From Mycolicibacterium smegmatis (GTDB taxonomy: Bacteria > Actinomycetota > Actinomycetes > Mycobacteriales > Mycobacteriaceae): DNA of 32,000 nt. Positions within the stretch are counted from its first letter, which is position 1, and each line of letters begins with the position of its first letter. A program made the translations under genes and the position numbers. A model generated the notes under the pieces. That model was not told where the DNA came from and ran no database searches. It worked only from the letters and a program-made list of their open reading frames with translations. Positions 12,829 through 20,664 of this stretch are shown in pieces. The DNA is taken from the NCBI RefSeq assembly GCF_001457595.1, contig NZ_LN831039.1, positions 1 through 32,000 on the forward strand, written 5' to 3'.

Positions 12829-13860
12829 GTGATCACGCAGGCACCGCTCGCACCGCCGCGCGCCGCGCGTAACCACCGGGCTGTCGGACTGGCCGTCGCG
12901 ACAGTCGTTCTGGTCGCGATGTGCATCGCGAGCCTCGCGATCGGCACGCAGAACGTCTCGTTGTCCACGGTCTGGCAGGCCGTCACCGACTACCGCGACA
13001 TCGGCGACCAGTGGATCGTCCACGACCTGCGGATCCCGCGTACGGTGCTGGGTCTGCTGGTCGGCCTGGCCCTCGGACTCTCGGGCACCCTGATCCAGGC
13101 CGTGGGACGTAACCCGCTCGCCGATTCCGAGATCCTCGGCATCAACTCGGGTGCGGCGCTGTTCGTCGTCGCGGCCATCGCGTTCCTCGGGTTCAGCGGA
13201 ATCTGGACGTACATCGGATTCGCTTTTCTCGGAGCGCTTTTCGCGATGCTCATGGTGTACCTGATCGGCATGACCGGACGGGCCACCGTCACACCGGTCC
13301 GCGTGCTGCTCGCGGGGGTGGCGATCGGTGCCGTGATGGACGGTTTCGGATTCGTCATCAGACTGCAGAATCCGCGGGCGTTCGACAACATGCGCTTCTG
13401 GGATGCCGGCGCGCTCGACGGGAGACCGCTTGAGGTGGCCGGCGCGATCGCACCGTTCATCGCGGTCGGCGCCGTGTTGTGCCTCGTGGTGTCGCGCTCG
13501 CTGAACATCACCGCGCTTGGCGACGATCTTGCGAAGAGCATGGGCAGCAACGTCGTTCGTACCCAGGTGCTCAGCCTGACGGCGGTGACGCTGCTGGCCG
13601 GTGCGGCGACGGCAGGCGCCGGGCCGATCGGCTTCGTCGGCTTGATGGTGCCGCACGCGGTGCGGCGGTTCACCGGCCCGGACTGGCGGTGGGTCCTGGC
13701 GTACGCGACGGTGGTCGCGCCCAGTCTGATGCTGGCCGCCGACATCGTCGGCCGGGTCGTCATCCGGCCGTCGGAACTGCCCGCGGGCATCGTCACTGCT
13801 TTTCTCGGCGCCCCCGTACTCATCTGGCTCATCAGGCGTTCGAAGGCGGACCGCGCATGA
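12829..13860 (+). CDS. FecCD-family iron-siderophore ABC importer permease (FepD-like; fxu cluster)
   Basis: This is a 343-aa polytopic ORF. It carries typical FecCD motifs (LRIPRTVLGLLVGLALGLSGTLIQAV.RNPLADSEILGINSGAAL and GPIGFVGLMVPH). The start lies 4 nt after the SIP stop. Confidence 0.92.
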   Translation: MITQAPLAPPRAARNHRAVGLAVATVVLVAMCIASLAIGTQNVSLSTVWQAVTDYRDIGDQWIVHDLRIPRTVLGLLVGLALGLSGTLIQAVGRNPLADSEILGINSGAALFVVAAIAFLGFSGIWTYIGFAFLGALFAMLMVYLIGMTGRATVTPVRVLLAGVAIGAVMDGFGFVIRLQNPRAFDNMRFWDAGALDGRPLEVAGAIAPFIAVGAVLCLVVSRSLNITALGDDLAKSMGSNVVRTQVLSLTAVTLLAGAATAGAGPIGFVGLMVPHAVRRFTGPDWRWVLAYATVVAPSLMLAADIVGRVVIRPSELPAGIVTAFLGAPVLIWLIRRSKADRA

Positions 13861-14915
13861 CCGTCATCGATTTCGGGAAGCGCCAGTGCGTGGTTCGCGT
13901 CGGCAGCGCGTCGGCGCGCATGTCGTGGCGTGCGGTGATCGCGGTCGTCGCACTGCTGGTGGGTGCCTTCGTGGCCGCGGTTCTGGCGATCGGGATCGGC
14001 AAGTACCCCATCACACCTGTCGACGTGCTGCGTGTGCTGGTCGGCACGAACACCACGTTCGACCGTGTGGTGGTGCTCGAGTGGCGCATGCCGCGCATGC
14101 TCATGGCGCTGCTGATCGGTGCGGCGCTCGGGGTTTCCGGTGCGATCTTCCAGGCGCTGACGCGAAACCCGTTGGGCAGTCCGGACATCATCGGTGTGAA
14201 CGCCGGGGCCTACACCGGAGCGCTCGTCGCGCTGGCGGGGCTGGGGACCGGAGGGCAACACGGCGGGTACTACGCCGTGGCGGGCGGCGCGCTGGTCGGT
14301 GGGTTGATCACCGCCGCTGCGGTGTACGCACTGTCGTACCGCAACGGACTGGCCGGTTACCGCCTCATCGTGGTCGGCATCGGCGTGGGCGCCGTACTGA
14401 GTTCGGTCAACCAGTGGATCGTCATCAAGCTCGATCACCACACCGCGGTCACGGCCTCGGTGTGGCAGCAGGGCACCCTCAACGGCCTCACCTGGTCCCA
14501 GGTCGTCCCGATGACGGTGTGTCTTGCCGTCGTGACGGTCGCACTGCTCGCGATGGGCCCGCAGTTACCCGTTCTGCAGATGGGTGACGACGCGGCAGGT
14601 GGGCTCGGCGTCAACCCGGAACGGGTCCGCCTGTCCTATCTGGTCGCCGGCGTCGCGCTCGTGGCGTTGGCCTGCGCGGCGGCCGGGCCGATCTCCTTCG
14701 TGGCGCTGGCCGCCCCGCAACTGGCACGGCGACTCACCGCGAGTCCCGGCGTCGCACTGGTCCCCGCGGCCGCGATGGGCGCCGTGCTGCTGCTCGCGAG
14801 CGACCTCGTGGCCCAGCATCTGTTCACGGCCAACGAACTACCGGTGGGCGCGGTCACCGTATCGCTGGGCGGGATCTACCTGGTATATCTCCTTGTCACA
14901 CAGGCACGTCGGTGA
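13857..14915 (+). CDS. FecCD-family iron-siderophore ABC importer permease (FepG-like; fxu cluster)
   Basis: The ATG at 13857 overlaps the upstream stop (ATGA) and gives 352 aa. Motifs are WRMPRMLMALLIGAALGVSGAIFQALTRNPLGSPDIIGVNAGA and GPISFVALAAPQ. The upstream part of track ORF 13479..14915 overlaps the previous permease and is Arg-rich. Confidence 0.9.
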   Translation: MTVIDFGKRQCVVRVGSASARMSWRAVIAVVALLVGAFVAAVLAIGIGKYPITPVDVLRVLVGTNTTFDRVVVLEWRMPRMLMALLIGAALGVSGAIFQALTRNPLGSPDIIGVNAGAYTGALVALAGLGTGGQHGGYYAVAGGALVGGLITAAAVYALSYRNGLAGYRLIVVGIGVGAVLSSVNQWIVIKLDHHTAVTASVWQQGTLNGLTWSQVVPMTVCLAVVTVALLAMGPQLPVLQMGDDAAGGLGVNPERVRLSYLVAGVALVALACAAAGPISFVALAAPQLARRLTASPGVALVPAAAMGAVLLLASDLVAQHLFTANELPVGAVTVSLGGIYLVYLLVTQARR

Positions 14916-15754
14916 AAGAACATATGACTCACACGCCAGAGAACGCGGTGCCCGACCGGTTGGGGGCCGTCGACGTCTCGATCGGGTACGACGACCGGAC
15001 CATCATCGACGGTCTGACGGTCCAGGTGCCTGCCGATCGGGTGACCGCGATAGTGGGGCCCAACGCGTGCGGAAAGTCCACACTGTTGCGGGGTTTCGCC
15101 CGGTTGCTCACACCGTCGGCCGGGCGGGTGATCCTCGATGGGCACGACATCGCGACCATGCACACCAAGGACGTGGCGCGCCGACTCGGGTTGCTGCCGC
15201 AGACCTCGATCGCGCCCGAGGGTATCACGGTGGCAGATCTGGTGTCGCGTGGCCGTTTTCCACATCAGAAGGTGTTCCGGCAGTGGTCACGTGACGACGC
15301 GGCCGCGGTCGCCGACGCCATGCGGCACACCGGTGTCACCGAACTGTCGGCACGACTGGTCGACGAACTGTCGGGCGGGCAACGCCAGCGCGTCTGGGTC
15401 GCAATGGTTCTCGCGCAGCAGACGCCCCTGATCCTGCTCGACGAGCCCACCACCTATCTGGACATCGCGCACCAGGTGGAACTGCTCGACCTGTTCGCGA
15501 TGCTCAACCGCGAGCACGGCCGCACCGTGGTGGCGGTGCTGCACGATCTCAACCAGGCCTGCCGCTACGCCGACGAGTTGATCGTCATGAAGGCGGGCCG
15601 CATCGTGGCCCAGGGCGATCCCGACGTCGTGATGTCGGCCGATCTGGTGCGCGACGTCTACGGGCTGGAATGCCAGATCATCGACGACCCGCAGACCGGG
15701 ACACCCCTGATCGTGCCGCGGGCGTCGCGGCACGCGCGGGTGGTCAAACGGTAG
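14912..15754 (+). CDS. Iron-siderophore ABC importer ATP-binding protein (FepC-like; fxu cluster)
   Basis: Walker A is GPNACGKSTLLRG, the signature is [12 protein letters not shown], Walker B is ILLDEPTTYLD and the H-loop is VLHDLN. The GTG at 14912 overlaps the permease stop (GTGA). An in-frame ATG at 14924 is an alternative start. Confidence 0.93.
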   Translation: MKEHMTHTPENAVPDRLGAVDVSIGYDDRTIIDGLTVQVPADRVTAIVGPNACGKSTLLRGFARLLTPSAGRVILDGHDIATMHTKDVARRLGLLPQTSIAPEGITVADLVSRGRFPHQKVFRQWSRDDAAAVADAMRHTGVTELSARLVDELSGGQRQRVWVAMVLAQQTPLILLDEPTTYLDIAHQVELLDLFAMLNREHGRTVVAVLHDLNQACRYADELIVMKAGRIVAQGDPDVVMSADLVRDVYGLECQIIDDPQTGTPLIVPRASRHARVVKR

Positions 15755-16703
15755 CGAATTCCGGTGTGGCGGTCAGGTATCCGCCACCGTGCCCGAAGTA
15801 GTCGAGTGCCGAGTGGTCGATGCCGTCGTCGGTGCGCACCACGTCGAGAACCAGACCCGGTGACCTGCCGCGGAACGCGTCGGCGCCCGCGACGATCACC
15901 ATGCCGCCGTTCTCTTCGATGAACACGCGTCCTGGCGTGCCACCGTAGGTGCATCTCGAGACGTGGGCAGAGATCAGGCGTAGCCGTTCGCCGCGAAAAT
16001 ACGTGTACGCATTGGGATAGGGGTCCGAGAGCGCCCGAATGAACCGCTCGATGTCGGCCGCGGGCCAGGACCAGTCCACCAAACTGTCGCGAGCGGACCG
16101 CTTGTGGAAAAACGTTCGTTGTGAGAGATCCTGCGGAACCGGCGTCGCGGTGCCGTTCTCGATGGCGTCGAGAGCGTCCTCGAGCACATCCGGAATCAGG
16201 TCGAGCGTGTCGTACACCAGGCTGGTGCCGGTGCTGGTCGGGGTGATCTCGACGGACCGCTGCAGCAGGATGTCGCCGGTGTCGAGTTCGTCGTCCATGA
16301 AATGCGCCGTGAGCCCGGTCTGTCCGGCACCGCTGATCAACGACCAGATCACCGGCGAGAAACCGGTGAACTTCGGCAGCAGCGAATCATGCAAATTGAC
16401 GGTGCCGTACTTGGGAATCGAGAACAGTTCGCGCGGCAGGCGGGTACGCCAATTGTTCGCGACGCCGACATCCGGTGCGAGTTCCCTGACACGTTGGACG
16501 AGTTCTGGGGTGGGCCGCTTGGCCAGGAGCACCTCGATTCCCGCGCCGCGCGCCAGGTCCTCCACCGAATCCGCCCAAATCGATTCGTACGCATGGTCAC
16601 TCGTCGGATGAGTCACCACCAGGCACACTTCGTGCCGCGATTTCAACAACGCCTGCAGGGTCCGATGGCCCCACGTCTGGTAGCCGAACATGACCACGCG
16701 CAC
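15744..16703 (-). CDS. fxbA: Formyltransferase of exochelin biosynthesis (Fmt/PurN-like N-terminal domain plus Fmt-type C-terminal domain)
   Basis: The N-terminus VRVVMFGYQTWGH and the catalytic motif NLHDSLLPKFTGFSPV (HxSLLP) are present. The start is placed at the GTG at 16703 (319 aa) because this matches formyltransferase N-termini. GTG 16712, GTG 16697 and ATG 16691 are also possible. The longer track ORF (to 16967) would run through the promoter and iron box and into the divergent gene. Confidence 0.85.
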   Translation of the reverse strand: MRVVMFGYQTWGHRTLQALLKSRHEVCLVVTHPTSDHAYESIWADSVEDLARGAGIEVLLAKRPTPELVQRVRELAPDVGVANNWRTRLPRELFSIPKYGTVNLHDSLLPKFTGFSPVIWSLISGAGQTGLTAHFMDDELDTGDILLQRSVEITPTSTGTSLVYDTLDLIPDVLEDALDAIENGTATPVPQDLSQRTFFHKRSARDSLVDWSWPAADIERFIRALSDPYPNAYTYFRGERLRLISAHVSRCTYGGTPGRVFIEENGGMVIVAGADAFRGRSPGLVLDVVRTDDGIDHSALDYFGHGGGYLTATPEFATV

Positions 16704-16754
16704 AGGAAACACCCAGCTTTCTGGCAGGTTCGGGGCGGTTTCAACGAGCCCCAC

Positions 16755-16773
16755 ATTGGTAAGCCTTACCTTT
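16755..16773. promoter_or_regulatory. Candidate IdeR iron box (palindromic core GGTAAG-C-CTTACC) in the fxbA / mbtH-like divergent control region
   Basis: ATTGGTAAGCCTTACCTTT matches 12-13 of 19 positions of TTAGGTTAGGCTAACCTAA, with symmetric substitutions in both half-sites. A TANNNT hexamer (TAGCAT, 16776-16781) follows on the + strand. Confidence 0.5.
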
Positions 16774-16898
16774 GATAGCATGCCGGTTGGCTTACGAGAC
16801 GTCCAGTGCTCCGCACGGTAGTCGACAGCCAGGGGGAAGACCACCACGGCCCGCGTTGCGGCATTACGGTGGCCGAAAATCTCGGGGGAAGGAAACGT

Positions 16899-17135
16899 TT
16901 GTCCACCAATCCTTTTGACGACACCGACGGCCGCTTCGTGGTCCTGGTCAACGACGAGGGCCAACATTCGCTGTGGCCCGTGTTCGCCGGCGTTCCCGCA
17001 GGCTGGACGGTCGCGTTCGGCGGCGCCGGCGGCGCTGATCGTGGCAGTGCCCTGCGCTTTGTCGACGAGAACTGGAACGATCTGCGTCCGCGGTCGCTGC
17101 GCGAAGCCACCGACAATACGGCCACATTGGCGTGA
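16899..17135 (+). CDS. MbtH-like protein (NRPS adenylation-domain chaperone)
   Basis: A TTG at 16899 follows GGGGGAAGGAAA and gives 78 aa. The text is [37 protein letters not shown]....[10 protein letters not shown], with the three invariant Trp positions of the family. The GTG at 16806 would add 31 non-family residues. Confidence 0.85.
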   Translation: MSTNPFDDTDGRFVVLVNDEGQHSLWPVFAGVPAGWTVAFGGAGGADRGSALRFVDENWNDLRPRSLREATDNTATLA

Positions 17136-18865
17136 GCATGGCCGACACCACGCGAACCGACCTGTCCTGGACCGGGGTTCGCGTACTTCGGCGCACCGTG
17201 AGCCGAAATCTCAAGTGGCTCACGTCCGGTACGACACTCATCGCCCTGCACCAGCTGTGCGAGGTGTCGGTACCGGTTCTGATCGGCATCATCGTCGACC
17301 GCGCGGTCGCGACCGGCAGCGTCGAAGCGATCATTCGCTGGATCGCCGTCCTCGCCGCACTTTTCGTGGTGTTGACCGTGGTCTACCGATTCGGCGCCCG
17401 GCTGCTGATGTTCGCCATCGCGCGGGAATCGCACCTCTTGCGGGTGGAGTCGAGCGCCAAGATCCTCGACCCGCTGGGTATCGAGACCGACTACAAAGTC
17501 GGTGAACTACTGTCGATCTCGTCGGACGACGCCGACGAGGTCTCCTACCTGCTGGACTACGTGCCGCGGATCGTAGGCGCCGTGGTGGGCACCGTGGTGT
17601 GCGGCGCGGTGTTGCTGAGCATCCATCTACCGCTGGGGCTGATGGTCCTGATCGGTGTGCCAGTCGTGGTGTTCGGCCTGCAATTGACGGCTCCGATGAT
17701 CGCGCGCCGGGTCGAGGACCAACAGGCCGAGATCGGCCGCGCGACGGCCCTGGCCACCGACCTCATCAGCGGACAGCGGCCGTTGCAGGGAATCGGCGCG
17801 CAGGCCAACGCGGCCGCGCGCTACCGTGTCGCGAGCCGTCGCGCGCTGACCGCGACGTTGCGTGCCGCGCGCATCCAGAGCATCCACTCGGGCGCTGCGG
17901 CGGCGGCCGGGGCACTCGCCGCGATGGCGGTGGCCGTGGTCGCGGCCTACTTCGCGATCCGCGGTTCGATGACGGTGGGCCAGTTGATCACCGTGATCGG
18001 CCTCGCCCAGTTCCTCATCGAACCGTTCTCGCTGCTGGCGGTCGTGCCGAGTTGGGTCGCCGAGGCCCGGGCGTCGGCCAACCGCGTCGCTCGCGTCCTG
18101 AGCGCCCCGACCCGCCACTCCCCCGTCTTCGCGGCGGACCCCCGCGACGCCGCGGCCCGCCTGTCGGTCCGCAACGCAACACACGCGGGTCTGAAAAACC
18201 TGTCGTTCGACGTCGAGCCAGGCGAATTCGTCGCGGTACTCACGAGCGACGTCCGCGATGCCGGCGCACTCATCGATCTGCTCTCCGGATATCAGCGAGC
18301 CGAGGACAAAGGCACGGTGCTGGTCGGTGGCCGGCGCCTCGACCAGATCCCGCTGAAAGAGCGCCGCGAACACCTGCTCGTCGAACACCACCTCAGCTCG
18401 TTGTTCAGCGGGACGCTGGAAACCAATCTGAATGTCACAGGAACCGATCCGCGGCGCGGACGGGTCTCCGTCGACGACGCACTACAGGCGTCGTGCGCCG
18501 TCGACGTCGTCGACCTGCACCCCGACGGTCTCGCCCATGCCGTCGTGGAGCGCGGTGCGAGCCTGTCCGGAGGACAACGCCAACGCTGGACCCTGGCCCG
18601 TGCGCTGCTGGCCGATCCGGCCGTCCTGGTGCTGCACGATCCGACCACCGCGATCGACACCGTCACCGAGCAGGTCATCGCCGACGGCATACGCCGGCTG
18701 CGCACGCGCGCGGGACGCACAACGGTGGTCCTCACCAGCAGTCCGGCCTTGCTCGCCGCGGCCGACCGGGTGCTGCTCGTCATCGACGGGCGTCTGGACA
18801 GCGAAGGCACACACCGCGATCTGGTCGACGCCCACTCCGACTACCGGGATCTGGTGACCCGATGA
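17132..18865 (+). CDS. exiT: ABC exporter half-transporter (TMD-NBD) with a degenerate nucleotide-binding domain; exochelin export (exiT region)
   Basis: This is a 577-aa ORF with an N-terminal six-helix type exporter TMD. The C-terminal NBD has an intact LSGGQRQR signature but no Walker A lysine ([21 protein letters not shown]). Walker B is VLVLHDPT (no catalytic Glu) and there is no H-loop His. The GTG overlaps the mbtH-like stop; an ATG at 17138 is an alternative start. Confidence 0.88.
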   Translation: MSMADTTRTDLSWTGVRVLRRTVSRNLKWLTSGTTLIALHQLCEVSVPVLIGIIVDRAVATGSVEAIIRWIAVLAALFVVLTVVYRFGARLLMFAIARESHLLRVESSAKILDPLGIETDYKVGELLSISSDDADEVSYLLDYVPRIVGAVVGTVVCGAVLLSIHLPLGLMVLIGVPVVVFGLQLTAPMIARRVEDQQAEIGRATALATDLISGQRPLQGIGAQANAAARYRVASRRALTATLRAARIQSIHSGAAAAAGALAAMAVAVVAAYFAIRGSMTVGQLITVIGLAQFLIEPFSLLAVVPSWVAEARASANRVARVLSAPTRHSPVFAADPRDAAARLSVRNATHAGLKNLSFDVEPGEFVAVLTSDVRDAGALIDLLSGYQRAEDKGTVLVGGRRLDQIPLKERREHLLVEHHLSSLFSGTLETNLNVTGTDPRRGRVSVDDALQASCAVDVVDLHPDGLAHAVVERGASLSGGQRQRWTLARALLADPAVLVLHDPTTAIDTVTEQVIADGIRRLRTRAGRTTVVLTSSPALLAAADRVLLVIDGRLDSEGTHRDLVDAHSDYRDLVTR

Positions 18866-20631
18866 TCTCCGACGAACCCGTCACGCCTCCGGTTCTGCCG
18901 GTGGCGACCGCCCGACGCTCGGGTGCCTGGCTGATCGCCGATCTGCGTGGTCGGCGCACTGCGCTGGCCGCGGTCGTGACCGTGGGGCTCGCGGCGGCAG
19001 CGGCCTCGGTGGTGCCCATCTATCTGCTCGGCATGCTCGTCGACCGCGTCGAACACGGCGACGGCACACGCGGTCTCGTGGCACTCGGCACGGTGATCGC
19101 GCTGGCTGCCGTCGCGGGTGGCCTGGGCACCGGATTGTCGACCTACCTGACCTCCCGTCTCGGTGAGCAGATGCTCGCCGATCTGCGTGAGCGAGTGCTC
19201 GAGCGCGCACTCAACCTGCCGGCCACGCTCATCGAGGAGAGCGGACGCGGCGACCTGCTGTCTCGGGTCGGTCCGGATGTGGCCGTGGTGGCCCGCACGG
19301 TCGCGCAGGTGTTACCGGTGATCCTCAACGGTTTCTTCCTCGGCGTCGTGACGCTGGTCGGGATGACAACCCTCGACTGGCGCCTGGGTCTCGCGGGCGC
19401 GCTGGCCATCCCGGCCTACATCGCCGGACTGCACTGGTATCTGCCACGATCGGCCCCGATGTACGCCGACGAACGGATCGCGATCGCCAACCGCGCGCAG
19501 GTCACGGTCGAGTCGATCCAGGGTGCGCGGACCATCGACGCCTACGAGATCCACGACCGGCACCTCGCCGACATCGACCGCGCCTCAGGCCGGGCGCGCG
19601 ACATCTCGATCGCGGTGTTCACGTTCTTCACACGTCTGGTGGGCCGCGTCAACCGTGCCGAATTCATCGGCCTGGCCGCCACTTTGGTCGTCGGATTTCT
19701 GCTGGTGCGCTCCGGTGAGACCACCGTCGGCCAGGTCACCGCGGCCGCGCTGATGTTCCACCGGTTGTTCAACCCCGTCGGCGAACTGATGTACAACTTC
19801 GACGAGATCCAGTCGGCATCGGCAAGCCTGGCGCGCCTGGTCGGGGTCATCGACCTGGACGCCCCCGGCCCGGACGCACGGCGAACTGCGCCGGCGAGGC
19901 CCCACGGTGCCGACATCTCCGTCGAGAACGTGTCGTTCGGCTACGGCACGGGACCTGAGGTGCTGCACGGTGTCTCGCTGCACGTACCGGCCGGCACCAG
20001 GTGTGCTCTGGTCGGCACCACAGGCGCGGGCAAGACGACACTCGCCGCGATCGTCGCGGGCCTGCTCACCCCGACGTCGGGACATGCGCGCATCGGTGGC
20101 GTCCCCGTAACCGAGATCGCCGACCTGCGCCGCTGGGTTGCCACGATCACGCAGGAAGTCCACGTCTTCTCCGGGCCGCTCATCGACGACCTGCGGCTCG
20201 TGGCACCGCAGGCCTCCGTCGACGACGTGTGGACCGCGCTGGAGACGGTGGGCGCGAGCACCTGGGTGCGGGCGCTCGACGACGGCCTGGACACGGTCGT
20301 CGGCGAGCACGGCCACGAGTTGACCGCCGCGCAGGCACAACACGTCGCGATGGCCCGCCTGGTGCTCGCCGACCCCGAGGTGGTCGTTCTGGACGAGGCG
20401 ACCGCCGAGGCCGGCAGTGCACACGCCGCCGAACTGGAGGACGCCGCCTCGGCCGCCACCGCGGGCCGGACCACGCTGATCGTCGCACACCGGCTCACGC
20501 AGGCCGCGCAAGCCGATCAGGTCGCCGTCATGGCCGACGGCCGCATCGTCGAAAACGGCACGCACGCAGAGTTGATCGCCCTCGGCGGTCGCTACGCGCG
20601 GCTGTGGCAGGCCTGGATCAGGCACAACTAG
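18862..20631 (+). CDS. exiT: ABC exporter half-transporter (TMD-NBD) with a canonical NBD; partner of the preceding gene (exiT region)
   Basis: The ATG at 18862 overlaps the upstream stop (ATGA) and gives 589 aa. Walker A is GTTGAGKTT, the Q-loop is ITQE, Walker B is VVVLDEAT and the H-loop is IVAHRL. The signature is degenerate (LTAAQAQ). The first 421 codons of track ORF 17599..20631 are an Arg-rich read-through overlapping the previous gene. Confidence 0.9.
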   Translation: MISDEPVTPPVLPVATARRSGAWLIADLRGRRTALAAVVTVGLAAAAASVVPIYLLGMLVDRVEHGDGTRGLVALGTVIALAAVAGGLGTGLSTYLTSRLGEQMLADLRERVLERALNLPATLIEESGRGDLLSRVGPDVAVVARTVAQVLPVILNGFFLGVVTLVGMTTLDWRLGLAGALAIPAYIAGLHWYLPRSAPMYADERIAIANRAQVTVESIQGARTIDAYEIHDRHLADIDRASGRARDISIAVFTFFTRLVGRVNRAEFIGLAATLVVGFLLVRSGETTVGQVTAAALMFHRLFNPVGELMYNFDEIQSASASLARLVGVIDLDAPGPDARRTAPARPHGADISVENVSFGYGTGPEVLHGVSLHVPAGTRCALVGTTGAGKTTLAAIVAGLLTPTSGHARIGGVPVTEIADLRRWVATITQEVHVFSGPLIDDLRLVAPQASVDDVWTALETVGASTWVRALDDGLDTVVGEHGHELTAAQAQHVAMARLVLADPEVVVLDEATAEAGSAHAAELEDAASAATAGRTTLIVAHRLTQAAQADQVAVMADGRIVENGTHAELIALGGRYARLWQAWIRHN

Positions 20632-20664
20632 ACATCACGAGAAGCACATGGAGGACGCTCGCAC

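Noticed and set aside
16781-16800. A possible second iron box, CCGGTTGGCTTACGAGAC, next to the palindromic one.
   Set aside because: The half-site spacing is one base short relative to the IdeR consensus, and hand alignment gives fewer than 10 of 19 matches.
16704-16967. The N-terminal extension of the fxbA track ORF (407 aa), and the GTG at 16806 as the start of the MbtH-like ORF (109 aa).
   Set aside because: The two extensions overlap each other on opposite strands and cover the iron-box and promoter region. Family homology begins at 16703 (minus strand) and 16899 (plus strand) respectively.
17599-18861. The N-terminal 421 codons of track ORF 17599..20631 (1010 aa).
   Set aside because: This part overlaps exporter gene 1 in another frame and is Arg/Pro/Gly-rich. 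The transporter homology starts at the ATG at 18862, which overlaps the upstream stop.
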